Below, one piece after another: positions 23,496 through 34,939 of a stretch of 64,000 bases of DNA. The DNA is taken from positions 12,599 to 76,598 of the forward strand of contig BLSG01000113.1 in assembly GCA_012862495.1 (NCBI GenBank), given 5' to 3'. A program made the position numbers and the translations under genes. This DNA is from Thraustochytrium aureum. Taxonomy: Eukaryota. How positions within the stretch are numbered: the first letter of the stretch is position 1; each line of letters begins with the position of its first letter. The notes below the pieces were generated by a model, which did not search any database, was not told the DNA's origin, and saw only the letters and a program-made list of their open reading frames with translations.

Positions 23496-24735
23496 TTATT
23501 TCTCGCCAAGACCCTCTCTCTGGATGCGAACCCAATCTTTGATCTGTTTCAGTGCGTCGCCGTCCCCAGTTGCATTGCTCCACCGCAAATTCTCCTCCGT
23601 CTTGCCCCACCGTAGTTTGTCGTGCGTAAAGCCTTTCCCAGCAACGAACTTGAATGCAGTGCAGTCACTCGAGCTACAACCGCACACGAAAAGAGCTCCG
23701 TAGCGCTCGACAATTGCTTGGTTCTCCTCGACTCTTCCGTCGTCTCTTTCGCGGTCGCTTTCGAGGTCGCTTTCAGCATCCATTTCGAGGTCACCCTTTT
23801 GTTGTTTGCTACCGCGGACGCTGGTCCGGGCGGGGTTCTCGGGGGAGGTCTGGTTGCCATTTGGAATCGGCTCCTTGTCGCGTTTGACTCCGTCCTCGAA
23901 CCTTGTAACAAGACGGAACGGCTCGTAGACAAGCCAAGCGAAGGATGGGTGCTCATCGACGCTACTCTTGTGGAAGGAGTCAATTTGAAAGAGAGATTGC
24001 AGCGCCTCGGCAACACATCCGTGCTTGTCACGCTCGTCCACGGCGCTCCTACCCCAAATGGAAGCCGCGCTGAAGGTCAATGTGGCAGCGATGAACACGG
24101 CAAGTGTGATGCGATCTTCGACTCGCTCTGACCATGCGACAGCCAAGGTGACAACGGCGAGGACGACCTTGAAAAGCTGGATTGCTGCTGACGTCGTGGT
24201 CGACGTAGATCTCCACCACAAGTAGACCGCCATAGAACCAGCTTTCAAGCGAACTCCCCTGGCCACCAACGAGCGCGTCGCGCGCTGACCAAACGTCAAA
24301 GACCGAGCTAAGTGGTGCCAGTAGGACAAGGCCTGCCAGCAACAGCAGTCCGAACGCCCCCGTGAGTCCAAAGGCCATATTCGCCTCAACAGCAAGGCAG
24401 CCGCCTTCATCCGACGTAGGATAGTACACCGCAAAGGTGACGCAGAGGACGATCGCAGACAAGAGAAACGCTACGAGGTGCGCCGTGACCACTACTTGAT
24501 TGCCTCTGGCGCGGAGAATCCCGGCGTTGGCGTAGGCGAGACTGGAAACGAACGGAATCGCGAGGAAGGCGACCCACGGGTTGTTGTGGTGCGAGCACAA
24601 GCCGATGATACCAAACTCGTCTTGCAGGGACCGCGCTGGCAGTCCCAGAGCAGTTGCACCTCCGTAGCAGGCGTTGATGGGGACAGCACTGCCATACACC
24701 TGTAAGAACACGACTCCGAAGACTGAAACCAGCAA
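23496..24735 (-). pseudogene. Truncated, internally deleted paralog of the neighbouring vWA/multipass membrane gene
   Basis: ORF 24049..24735 aligns to the TM region (NACYGG, SLQD.FG, HNNPWVAF.AIPFV, LAPLSSVFDVWSARDAL). ORF 23496..24434 aligns to the C-terminus (WGR.AV, VYEPF, RYG.L.V, GKG.THDKLRW). About 1.2 kb of the intervening part is missing, with a frame change. Confidence 0.75.
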
Positions 24736-24875
24736 AAAAAGCCTGAATGGAAAGTAATCTCTAGTAGCTAGAGAGGTATTGAAAGTTCTCTAATTAGAAG
24801 TAGTACTCACCGAGGGGAGCAGAATCGGACCGTGGATGGCTCGGCGAGCCGCCAGTCTTCAGCCTTGGAAGAGAC

Positions 24876-27800
24876 TTATTTTCTTTCATTGGCGATTCGG
24901 TCGCTGACCCACTCTTGGAGCGGTTTGACGTCGCTGAACTCGACTTCGCCCGGATCGGAGGCACTGCCGCTTTCGATTTCGTCCAGGTTCTCTTCTCCCA
25001 AGCTCTTGGCTTTCGGTTTCCGAGTCTCGTTTGTCCATTTGGTTGTTGACTTTTCCCACCGAAGTTTGTCGTGCGTCACGCCCTTACCGGGGAAAAACTT
25101 GAAGCTGCTGTGGCCCTTCTGGCCACACTCGCACAAGGCCACGACAAGCGTGCCGTACCGACGTACAGTCGCCGTGCCGTGCGCCGTGTCCGTGCCCTCT
25201 CCACCAGCGGAGGCTCCTGTGGCAGCCTTGTTGTTGGCAGCCTTGTTGTAGACAGAGACGTAGCAGAACGGCTCGTACACAATGCGCGTCAAACCTGCTG
25301 ACGGTTGGGTGGGATGACACTCAAGACCCTCGCTGCCTTGGCGAAGGTTGCCGTGAGCCAAAAGTTCCATAGCCTCGGCGGCACAGCCGCGCCTGTCGCG
25401 GTCCTCCACTGCGGTCCTCCCCCAGGTCAAGGCGAGGCCGAAGACAGTTGCAGCTGCTGCAAAGGCGATCAAGTTGAAGCGTTCCTCAGGGCTTTCGACC
25501 CATGTGACGACGAGCGTGACTACAGAGATAACAACCCTCAAGATGTGCAGGACCGTGGTAGAGCCAGATTGCCAAAGCTCAGCGACGCCGTTCCAGAGTT
25601 GCTTGCGCTGCTCGCGTATCTCCTTCTCGCGCTCGATACTCTCAGCCTCGCGCTCGATAATCTCATCCTCGGGCTCGATAATCTCATGCTCGCGCCCGGC
25701 ACCCTCCTCCTCTTCGGACCGCTCGCTCGACGCGAGCGGCTCGCCCACCACGTCCGCTAGCGCAGCAATCACGCTTTCGTCACGACTCGGCGCCGCTTTG
25801 GCGCAGCAGCGGCGGCAGGCCGGCCACCACTTGCTTGCGACCTTTTGACCAGCGGCCTTGCCATCTCGAACGGTGTCCCTGTACCCTTTCAGCGTTGCAA
25901 TTAGCTTCATGATCTCCCAGACCTCGAGGAAGAAGTCTGAGGAGCGCGGCTCCAAGAATGCGCCCTGCACGGACAAGACGATTTCGGGTAGGATGATGAA
26001 GTTTATCAGCGCGTTGACAACGCTGAGCGTCTCGAAGCTCGGCGGGCTGTTCAGCCAGAGTGCAACAGGAAGCGCAGCAAGCGCCGCAACCAGCGCCGCG
26101 CCAAAGAGGTACCGGAGCGGCTTTGCGAGCGCAAAGGCCCAGCCGGCAACATTGTCGTTGTNNNNNNNNNNNNNNNNNNNNNNNNNNNNNNNNNNNNNNN
26201 NNNNNNNNNNNNNNNNNNNNNNNNNNNNNNNNNNNNNNNNNNNNNNNNNNNNNNNNNNNNNNNNNNNNNNNNNNNNNNNNNNNNNNNNNNNNNNNNNNNN
26301 NNNNNNNNNNNNNNNNNNNNNNNNNNNNNNNNNNNNNNNNNNNNNNNNNNGTTGTGCGCGCGCATAAGCAGCTGATTTGCGACGAGTACAGCAAAGACTG
26401 CAAGAGGGCCTGCCCAGACGAGGCGGCCAGGAATCGTTTCCCCCGAGGCCAGCCAGTCGGGAAGAGGTACGAGCGCAATAATGGCGACCAGAAGCAGCGA
26501 GGCAATCTCGGTGTCTCGCACCGAAGGGTATGGGACCGGGAGCCCGATCGGAAACTGGACGGGCTCGACCATGCCCAGCGGGAACCCGTGAAGAGCCGGG
26601 AGCTGGATTTTTCCGTTTGGCGAAGGGAAGCCGTCGCAAACCGAAACTATGCCAGGAGGGCAGACTATATTGTGGTCTTTCAGCAGCTCCTTGAGTTTGG
26701 CCAAAGCAAACCGACACGACCTGATCACGACCAGGAGAGCAGCTGGGACGCTCCCAGCGATGCCGACAAAGCAAAGGTAAAACTTGTCGACGTAGATCTC
26801 GAAGAAAAGCAAAACCCCGTAAAACCATGTGTCGATGTCCTTGGACCGCTCGAGCGCATCTCGCGCAGACCAAACGTCAAACACTGAGCTGAGCGGAGCC
26901 AACAAGAGAATGCCTGCCAGCAGCAGTATCCCAAGCAACCCGACTAGTCCGAAGGCCATATTCGACTCGGCCGTGAGGCAGCCGCCTTCGAAGAACGTCG
27001 GGTAGTAGGTCGCGAAAATGGCACAGAGCACAGAAGTGGACACGAAAAACTCGATCACGTACACGTTGACAACCGTTGTGTTCCTGGCGCGGAGAACTCC
27101 AGCGTTGGTGTATGCGAGACCGGCCACGAACGGGATCGCCATGAAGGCGACCCACGGGTTGTTCTGGTGCGAGCACAAGGCGATGTTGCCAAAGCCGTCT
27201 TGAAGAGACCGTCCTGGCGGCGCGAGAATCGTAGACCCACCGTAGCAGGCGTTGACAGTAGCGGTGCTGCCATACATGGTCACGACCAAGATCCCCACAA
27301 CCACTGCGAACAAGTTGGCGCAGCAAAGAGCGATCGCGGCCTCCTTCGAGGCAACGACACCGACAAAGAAGGCTGCGCCAGCGCTGATGCCAGCCACGCT
27401 GGCAAAGGCAACGATGGCTCCTCCGCTCCACAAGTTGTACGTAAGTGGCGTGCCCCCCTCTAGGCCGACGCATGCGGTCGGCGACCCCGTAGGTGACCCT
27501 GAAGGGGCTGTCGTCGGCGTCCCTGTAGGTGCGCGGGTTGGTGTTTCGGTCGGCGACATCGAGGGCCGCGCCGTCGTTGGCGAACCTGTCGGCATCTTCG
27601 TGGGTGATGTGGACGGTGTTCCCGTGCTTGGCGACGCTGAAGGTGCTCGGGTCGGCGTCGTCGAAGGCGCCCCCGTGGGTTTCGGTGTCGGCGACTCTGA
27701 TGGTGCGCCTGTCGGCGTTGTGGACGGGGCTACGGTCGGCCTCTGCGTGGGGCTTTTGGTACAGGCCAAGCGCGTCGTTATCGACCTCATAGTAGTTTCC

Positions 27801-28855
27801 ACTGAGGCTAAATCGTCCGGTCTGATGAAGGGGTCTTGGGCTCTGATGAGCCAGCTCGGATTCGAATCGTACAACGCACATGTCGGTACAGGTATACTGC
27901 CCTGATAGGGGTTTCTGCTGAAATAGTCCGTGACGTGGTCCGAGCTTCTGGAAAACACGTTCTTGTAAACGGGAAAGTAAACAAGCTCGGCAAGCTCTTC
28001 GATCGCAAAGCTTACGTTGCAGGTTGCCGACAGCAAATCGTCACAGTCGTTGGCGTTGCACGCGTTTGCAGCCGTAAGCACCGAGCCATTGCCGATCATG
28101 TTGCTCGTTGCGAGGAGCATGCAGGCGCGCTCTTTGGCTCCTTCTCCCCCTACCGCCGTCGGGATGGTTAGCCCTTCCCCGTCGCAGGTTTCGAGTGTAT
28201 TGAGAGCGTCATGCATGAAAATGACCGGCACGATGCGGCGATCGGTAACACTCGCTCGGAGTCCCTGAACCTCCAACATTGCAGGAACGACGTTGGATCC
28301 CTCGTCTGTGATATTGCTGTCCAGAGTGGCGTCAAAAAGCGCGTTGATTTCCGCGGCCAGGGCCTCTGCGTTGTCAAGAGCAGCGGTGCTGCTGATGAGG
28401 TCCGAGGCAAACCCCAACAACCGGGCAGAGGCATACTGTTCCTCGCCAGAGCCGGCTGGTCTGAGGCCAACCTCCTGGGCAGCCTTCAGCACCAGGGCTT
28501 TATATTGGGTTTTAAAAGCCTCCGAAGTGGTTCGTGACACGTCGACCATGAATACGTACTCGACGTTGCAGAGCGACAAAGCCTCGCCCTCGTCACGCGA
28601 AACGCTCGAGTTGTTGGGCGGTTCTTCGATGCGGTCCCCTTGCCAATCGCCGAAAAGGCTGGGTGCCGTGTCGAGGTGAAGCAGCCCGTCTCCCCAGACC
28701 AGGCACGCCTCGTCCTCTGGGTTAAACGAGCAGTTCTCGCCGCCCTGCGCCATCATCCAGGAAACCCAAACGATGGCGAGTGCCAACATGACGAGATGCA
28801 GACCATCGAAGGCGAAAAACAGCTTCTCCGTCGCTTTGCCGCTCGTTGGGGCCAT
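24876..28855 (-). CDS. Large membrane protein: N-terminal TM anchor, vWA-like domain, Pro/Thr/Ser mucin-like stalk, multiple TM helices, cytoplasmic tail; gap 26162-26350
   Basis: ORF 26051..28855 plus the post-gap part of 24876..26873. YVFMVDVSRTT (MIDAS-like DxSxT), LLGFAS, VIFMHD, (PTxAPS/T)n repeats, and more than 8 hydrophobic segments. Confidence 0.85.
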
Positions 28856-29836
28856 CTTGGCGACCGCCTAGCGCCTCAGCCTTTCCGTGTGTCCTCTCCT
28901 TGTGCTCTCGCGTTTTGTTTGGGGTCTGCGGTCGAGCTGCTCGCCTGCCGCAGACTCGAAGCCGATTCGGAACGCGGCCGCCTTTCCTCTATCGCGGCCT
29001 TTCGAGCTCGAGCTTGCAGCGCGCACACCCTTCTTTCACGCCCTCATCCCAGCCGTTGCGTCTTTCCTAGGGTGGTCAAGTTGTTGCCTCACTGGCAAGT
29101 GCATTCACAGCTCATCCTTCACAGCTCATTCTTCGCAGCTCACTGACGAGCAGAGCAGTAGTTTTCTTGGCGCAGGCGGAAGGCTCCGAGCTAGCCAGCC
29201 GCACAAGTCCGCCGCCGACACTGTACTCTTTCTGCAGCACCCAGCAATCGAATCCCAGCACGCGCGAGGGCGAAAAGCACGCGCGTCGACTTGTTGACCT
29301 GTCGCCATCACGCGTGCTCCATTCTCGAACAGAATTACCTACACAGCGGTAGGTGGTGAGACCGCCAATTTCACAGGAGCAGACTGGAGCAGCGCGAGCA
29401 AACGACGATGCTGATCCTGGTTATGGTGAGGAATTCCTTCGGCAACTGCCGAGTCGTCGTCGGAGTGACCTGATTCGCACCGCGACGACGACGAGTCCTT
29501 CTTGAAGACAACTGCGAGATGAGCAGAGTGAGCAACAGTAAGTACTCAATTTGTACTCTTTCAGGGAAGGGTGCAGTGAGTAGCCAGGCACTCCACTGAC
29601 CGCACCAGGACTTGGTGCGCACCTCTCGAGACTGCAATCTTGAGCAGCCAATGGACAACTCGAAGCGGCAAGGGACAGAAAGACATTTCAGAACAGAAAC
29701 GCAGTCAAGGAAACCTGTTGAAGTTGAGACGCGCTCTTTGCCGAGTTTACAAGTACTTAGTGGAGAGACTCTCCACACCACTCATCAAAGCCCGACGGAA
29801 GCCGCTCAGCGAGTCGAGCAGGTGTGCGTCGGTGTC

Positions 29837-31636
29837 TCACGCACTTGCGCCGGGCTGCTTGAGCGCGGCAAGAAAGCCCGCGAGGTGGCCAGAGTCCTCC
29901 TCGTCCTCCTCCTCGTCGTCCGCGTTGCTGTCGTCGACCCCGGCGTCACTGGACCCGCCCACCTCATCGTCATCAATTGGGTAGCCGAAATCGTCGTACC
30001 TCTGTGGGCTGGCACGCGGAGCGGGTTGCGGCGGCTGTGTAGCCAGCTCGGCGGCGGGCTGTGCAGCCAGCGCGGCAGGCTCTGAGGCTGATTTGCCGGC
30101 AGCAGCCTGCGTGTTCGGGTCGTGTTGCGTCGTTTCGCCAGCTTGGTCGTTTCCAGAGGCGCCTCCGCGCCGCAACCCGAAAATCGTGTAATGCGAAAGA
30201 GGCTCTTTATTCCAGTTGTGAATGCACGCGTGGAGCCAATCCGGGTGCACCGCCCAGAGGCGCTTGGCCTTGGCCTCCTGCGCGAGAGGCGAGTCCGGCG
30301 TGCTTGAAAGCACCACATCGTCCTTGGAACTGACTGCCGCAAGGCCCTTGCCTCCGCAGGCCTCCACCAGTTGGCGCAGCACGACGGCCTCTTGCGACAC
30401 GCCACCATCCACAACGACTGGGAGGCCCCGCAAAATGCGCTGGCGCAGGCGTCGCACCAGCGGCTTGACGTCAGAACCACTCCCAGCTATTTGCGCGTCA
30501 GAGCTGAGCTCCCTTTTGCCGTAAAACTTGGCGTGAATCCACTTGAGGAGCTCGCCGGCGCGCTTGAGGCCGTGGTCCACCTCCGCGCGGCGCTTTTCGT
30601 CGGCAGCCTCCAGCGCCTCCTCCTCTGGGAGATCAAACTCTGGCCCGGAGCTGTTGTTGACGTCCGCCATGCCGTGGAAAAAGTGGTAAGGTCGCACGGT
30701 TATCAGGTTCGAGGCGTCCTCGACCCACACATCCGCGCGGTCGTCCACTGCAAGCACCATCGAGTTGTCCACGGGGAAAAACCGCTCGAGACGCTTGATT
30801 TTCCCGAGCTCGGGGACGTCCGTGCGCGAGATGATCCGAGCCCCGAACAAGCGGCGGTCAGGGTCGAAGATTCTGGCCACGGCTTCGGCGTACACGCGCG
30901 TTCCCGCGGTGTAAATGTAGAGCTCGTACAGCTCTGAAAGCTCGGCAAGCCAGGTGCGCAGCCCGGGCCGAAGCATGACATAGTGAAGCCTGTCTGGCGC
31001 CACGCCCTCGTCCGAGCCGGGCAGCGTGAACGAGTGCAGCTCGCTCTGCAGCCCCTTGCTCGCCGCAAAGGCTGGCGCACGCGCGTCGTCTGTGGCGTGC
31101 AGCATCGTGTGGTCGATATCGAGCACGAGCAGGAGCTTCTTCGTGCGGAAAAGCCTCTCCACGGTCTGCTTGCGCTCGTCCTCGGCCTCGTTGCGACTGA
31201 CGACGATTCGGGCGCCGCCTTCGATGTTGAGCGTCATGCTCGCTGCGGTGGCCTGGGCCGGATCCACAAGCTCGGGCGCTGTGGGAGCGCTGGGAAGGGG
31301 CCGCGAGGCGCTGCCCGCCTCGGCCTCAAAGCTTGCCTCGGCAGGAGGGCCCGAGCGCATGGAGTTGCGAGGGCTGCCTTCCGCAGACGCCGCAGAGCCC
31401 GAACCCAGGCAGAATAATGTCATGCAAGCAGTACGACATGCGCGCCACCGTCTGCTTGTCTGGGGCCTCTTCAGCGGCCGGCACGCTCTCGCCGACTTTG
31501 TATTCGAGCGACAGGATAGTGCCATCGTACGGGGCAACGAGGTCCAGCGTCCGCGGCGTTTCACTGTCGCGTTTCGCGCAGAGGCACTTGGCCAGCACGT
31601 CCCCTGCCTCCACCTGTTGCTGCACAGACACGCTCC
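29837..31636 (-). CDS. FCP1: RNA polymerase II CTD phosphatase FCP1/CTDP1-like; start in gap, frameshift near 31340
   Basis: KKLLLVLDIDHTMLHA (DxDxT), LRPGL, YTAGTRVYA, FGARIISR, VDDRADVW, PYHFF, BRCT end VHPDWL. Upstream frame 31326.. gives the N-terminal APYDGTI...CLHDII..GLCGVCG module typical of FCP1. Confidence 0.93.
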   Translation of the reverse strand, partial: GACLCSNRWRQGTCWPSASARNATVKRRGRWTSLPRTMALSCRSNTKSARACRPLKRPQTSRRWRACRTACMTLFCLGSGSAASAEGSPRNSMRSGPPAEASFEAEAGSASRPLPSAPTAPELVDPAQATAASMTLNIEGGARIVVSRNEAEDERKQTVERLFRTKKLLLVLDIDHTMLHATDDARAPAFAASKGLQSELHSFTLPGSDEGVAPDRLHYVMLRPGLRTWLAELSELYELYIYTAGTRVYAEAVARIFDPDRRLFGARIISRTDVPELGKIKRLERFFPVDNSMVLAVDDRADVWVEDASNLITVRPYHFFHGMADVNNSSGPEFDLPEEEALEAADEKRRAEVDHGLKRAGELLKWIHAKFYGKRELSSDAQIAGSGSDVKPLVRRLRQRILRGLPVVVDGGVSQEAVVLRQLVEACGGKGLAAVSSKDDVVLSSTPDSPLAQEAKAKRLWAVHPDWLHACIHNWNKEPLSHYTIFGLRRGGASGNDQAGETTQHDPNTQAAAGKSASEPAALAAQPAAELATQPPQPAPRASPQRYDDFGYPIDDDEVGGSSDAGVDDSNADDEEEDEEDSGHLAGFLAALKQPGASA

Positions 31637-32274
31637 NNNNNNNNNNNNNNNNNNNNNNNNNNNNNNNNNNNNNNNNNNNNNNNNNNNNNNNNNNNNNNNN
31701 NNNNNNNNNNNNNNNNNNNNNNNNNNNNNNNNNNNNNNNNNNNNNNNNNNNNNNNNNNNNNNNNNNNNNNNNNNNNNNNNNNNNNNNNNNNNNNNNNNNN
31801 NNNNNNNNNNNNNNNNNNNNNNNNNNNNNNNNNNNNNNNNNNNNNNNNNNNNNNNNNNNNNNNNNNNNNNNNNNNNNNNNNNNNNNNNNNNNNNNNNNNN
31901 NNNNNNNNNNNNNNNNNNNNNNNNNNNNNNNNNNNNNNNNNNNNNNNNNNNNNNNNNNNNNNNNNNNNNNNNNNNNNNNNNNNNNNNNNNNNNNNNNNNN
32001 NNNNNNNNNNNNNNNNNNNNNNNNNNNNNNNNNNNNNNNNNNNNNNNNNNNNNNNNNNNNNNNNNNNNNNNNNNNNNNNNNNNNNNNNNNNNNNNNNNNN
32101 NNNNNNNNNNNNNNNNNNNNNNNNNNNNNNNNNNNNNNNNNNNNNNNNNNNNNNNNNNNNNNNNNNNNNNNNNNNNNNNNNNNNNNNNNNNNNNNNNNNN
32201 NNNNNNNNNNNNNNNNNNNNNNNNGGGAGGGAGGGAGGGAGGGATGGGGGAGAGACATGCGATGGGTTGGATGC

Positions 32275-33353
32275 TCAGTGCTCCCAAGTCTCGCAGAAAA
32301 ACGAGACCACGTCCTTGGAGGAGATCATGGCAAGGACGTGCGAGCCCTTGGGAGAGACGACCGGAAGGTGGCGCACGTTCGCGTCGACCATCTTGAACGC
32401 GCATCCGAGGAGGGACTCCTTGGTCGTGACCGTGGCGAGGCCGGAACTGGTCATGATGTCGATCACAGGCGTGGCGTCAAGGTCAAGCCCGAGCGAAAGG
32501 GCGCGGCGGATGATGTCCTGCTCGGTCACGATGCCCTTGAGCAGGGGCACGTCGCGGCAGATGTCCATCACGGCGACTGAGCCCTTGTCAAACTTTGCCA
32601 TCTGGCAGATGGTCTCGGCGACCGAAATGCGGTCCTCCACCAACGTGTTGAGCACCATGGTGCCGAGCTCGCCCTTGGCCTCCGACCTCCCCTGCTTGAT
32701 CTTCATGAGGTTCTTCACCGTGGGCAGCTTGAGGTGCTTTTGCGCCTCCGCCTCAAGCCGCTCGCGCTCCTCTTCGCTAAGAGCCTCGGGGAAGGCCCCG
32801 ATCGTCTCGCAGTAGAACTGGCCGATGATGTGCTTGGCCGAAATGATGGAAGTCACGTCCAGCACGCGGGCGCGCTCCACGCGGACAGGCTCGCCGCTGA
32901 GCGGGCCGCTGAACGAGAGGACGGGGAGGTGGTCCTGCTTGCTCTCGTTCAAGAGCGCGAGCGACTCGCGCACCGTGCTGGACAAGCTTCCGTAGAGGAT
33001 GTCGGTCTCCATCATCTCGCAAAGCTCGGTGGCCATGGGCGCCTCGTGCGAGTCGACGTGGTGGATGATGTTCTTCTCCTTGACGATGCCGACGATGTAG
33101 CCGCCGTCCTCGACGAACAAGGTGGACGCGGCCTCGCTCGTCATTTTCCGCACGGCGTCCAGCACGTTGCTATTGATCCCCATGGTCACTACAGGTTTGG
33201 TCTTGTTTTGCAGGTCGCCGAGGGTGACGGGTCCTGGGGCAGCAGCGGGCTACTGACCTGCACGACGCTCGCGAGCGCCCTGCGTTGACCGATGCGCGCG
33301 GCAGCGGCTCTGGCCCCTTGGAGCACGGCGCTTCCGGCGGTGGCGGCTTTCAT
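32275..33353 (-). CDS. CBS-domain protein (two CBS pairs), possible mitochondrial presequence; frameshift near 33235
   Basis: IVGIVKEKNII, HLPVL, GIVTEQDIIRR, VIDIMT, VRHLPVV..MISSKDVV in ORF 32275..33189. An upstream ATG at 33353 gives an Arg/Ala-rich leader in another frame. Confidence 0.85.
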
Positions 33354-33837
33354 CGCGGCTCCTCGCGCGCGCCACGCCGCGCCTTGCCACTAACCTAAAC
33401 GCCCTACAGCCGGCGGCCAGCAGCCGCTCCCCTCCTCCAGCCCCTCTCCAGCCCCTTCTCTGCGCGCTCGCACTTCTCGCCTTCTCTGTGCGCGTTCGCG
33501 CGCCAGGCCACGACGGTCGCCAGGCAGGCCGGCAGGCAGGCGGGGAGGGAGGCGAGGGCGAGGGGGTGGCACGGCACCTCGCGCCCGGAGGACCACCCGT
33601 GTTCGTCCACCTCGACCGTTCAGCCGCAGGGTCAAAGCCCGACAGCCGGCCCAAGGCAAGACCTCAAGCGAGCGAGCGAGCAAGCGAGCGAGCGTTCCCG
33701 GGCTCCGCGCACGGCCGGCAGCAACCACGACGCAGTCGCCCGCGCGCTCCCCGCTCTCCCGCTGCTGCGCACTGGCCGCCCGCCCTCGTTGCAGCTCTGC
33801 CTGCTCGTGCCAGCAACTGCTCCCGCTCTCCTTTCTC

Positions 33838-33878
33838 CCTTCCTTTCCTTCCTTCCTTCCTTCCTTCCTTCCTTCCTC
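33838..33878. repeat. (CCTT)n microsatellite
   Basis: cctt units seen directly before the gap. Confidence 0.9.
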
Positions 33879-34939
33879 ATACTAGTACTAGTACTCGTAA
33901 AGTAGTACTCTCCTCNNNNNNNNNNNNNNNNNNNNNNNNNNNNNNNNNNNNNNNNNNNNNNNNNNNNNNNNNNNNNNNNNNNNNNNNNNNNNNNNNNNNN
34001 NNNNNNNNNNNNNNNNNNNNNNNNNNNNNNNNNNNNNNNNNNNNNNNNNNNNNNNNNNNNNNNNNNNNNNNNNNNNNNNNNNNNNNNNNNNNNNNNNNNN
34101 NNNNNNNNNNNNNNNNNNNNNNNNNNNNNNNNNNNNNNNNNNNNNNNNNNNNNNNNNNNNNNNNNNNNNNNNNNNNNNNNNNNNNNNNNNNNNNNNNNNN
34201 NTTCATAAGTTGCGCGAACGTTTGTGGTTTTTTGGACAGAGACGCGCCCGGGCGCCCACAGGGCCCTCTATTTTGGACAGGGAGTCTCGGAGGGAGGAGA
34301 TAGAGGGGCGGACGTTGTCTGCAAGAGAAGCAAGTGACTGCTGAAAAAAAAGAATTATTTTTTAATTTAAAAAAAATAAACAATTAAAATAAAAAATTCA
34401 GCAGACTCTGGGCTCAGTGCGGCGTCGATGGGAGGAAAGGAACAAAAGGAATAGAGAGAATCAGGGCAGGTTTGAGTTGGAAAGGAGAGCAGTGTGCGCT
34501 GTGGGAGTCAAGAGCGTGCCGGGTCGCAGGAGGGGAAAGCGCTCTGGAGTGAACTCGCTCTCAAGAAGCTCGGCGGTCCGACAGGAACTCGCGGGCCCTG
34601 AGGAACGGCGATTGTGAGGCGGAGCGCAGATGCTCTCCGAACGAGGGGGAACCCGCGCCCTCTGTGGTCGTCTCGGGAAGCGATTGCCCTCTCGCGAGGA
34701 AGAGGCAAGAGCGCGAAAGCAAGAGCTGGGCTCGCGGCAGTACCGGTAGAGTAGTAGAAAGTCAACGGTGTTGGGTGTGCGTTTGTGGCGTGCGTGATGC
34801 GTGAGAATGGGAGTTTGGGACGTGCTGGCAGGCGGGTTGCATGTCCGCCCGGAGGCACACGGAGTTGGGCCGTGGACTTGCTCGCTGGCCGGGTCCGCGC
34901 TTGTCGCCCGGCTCGTCGCCCTCCTTGCGATGCAGTTTG

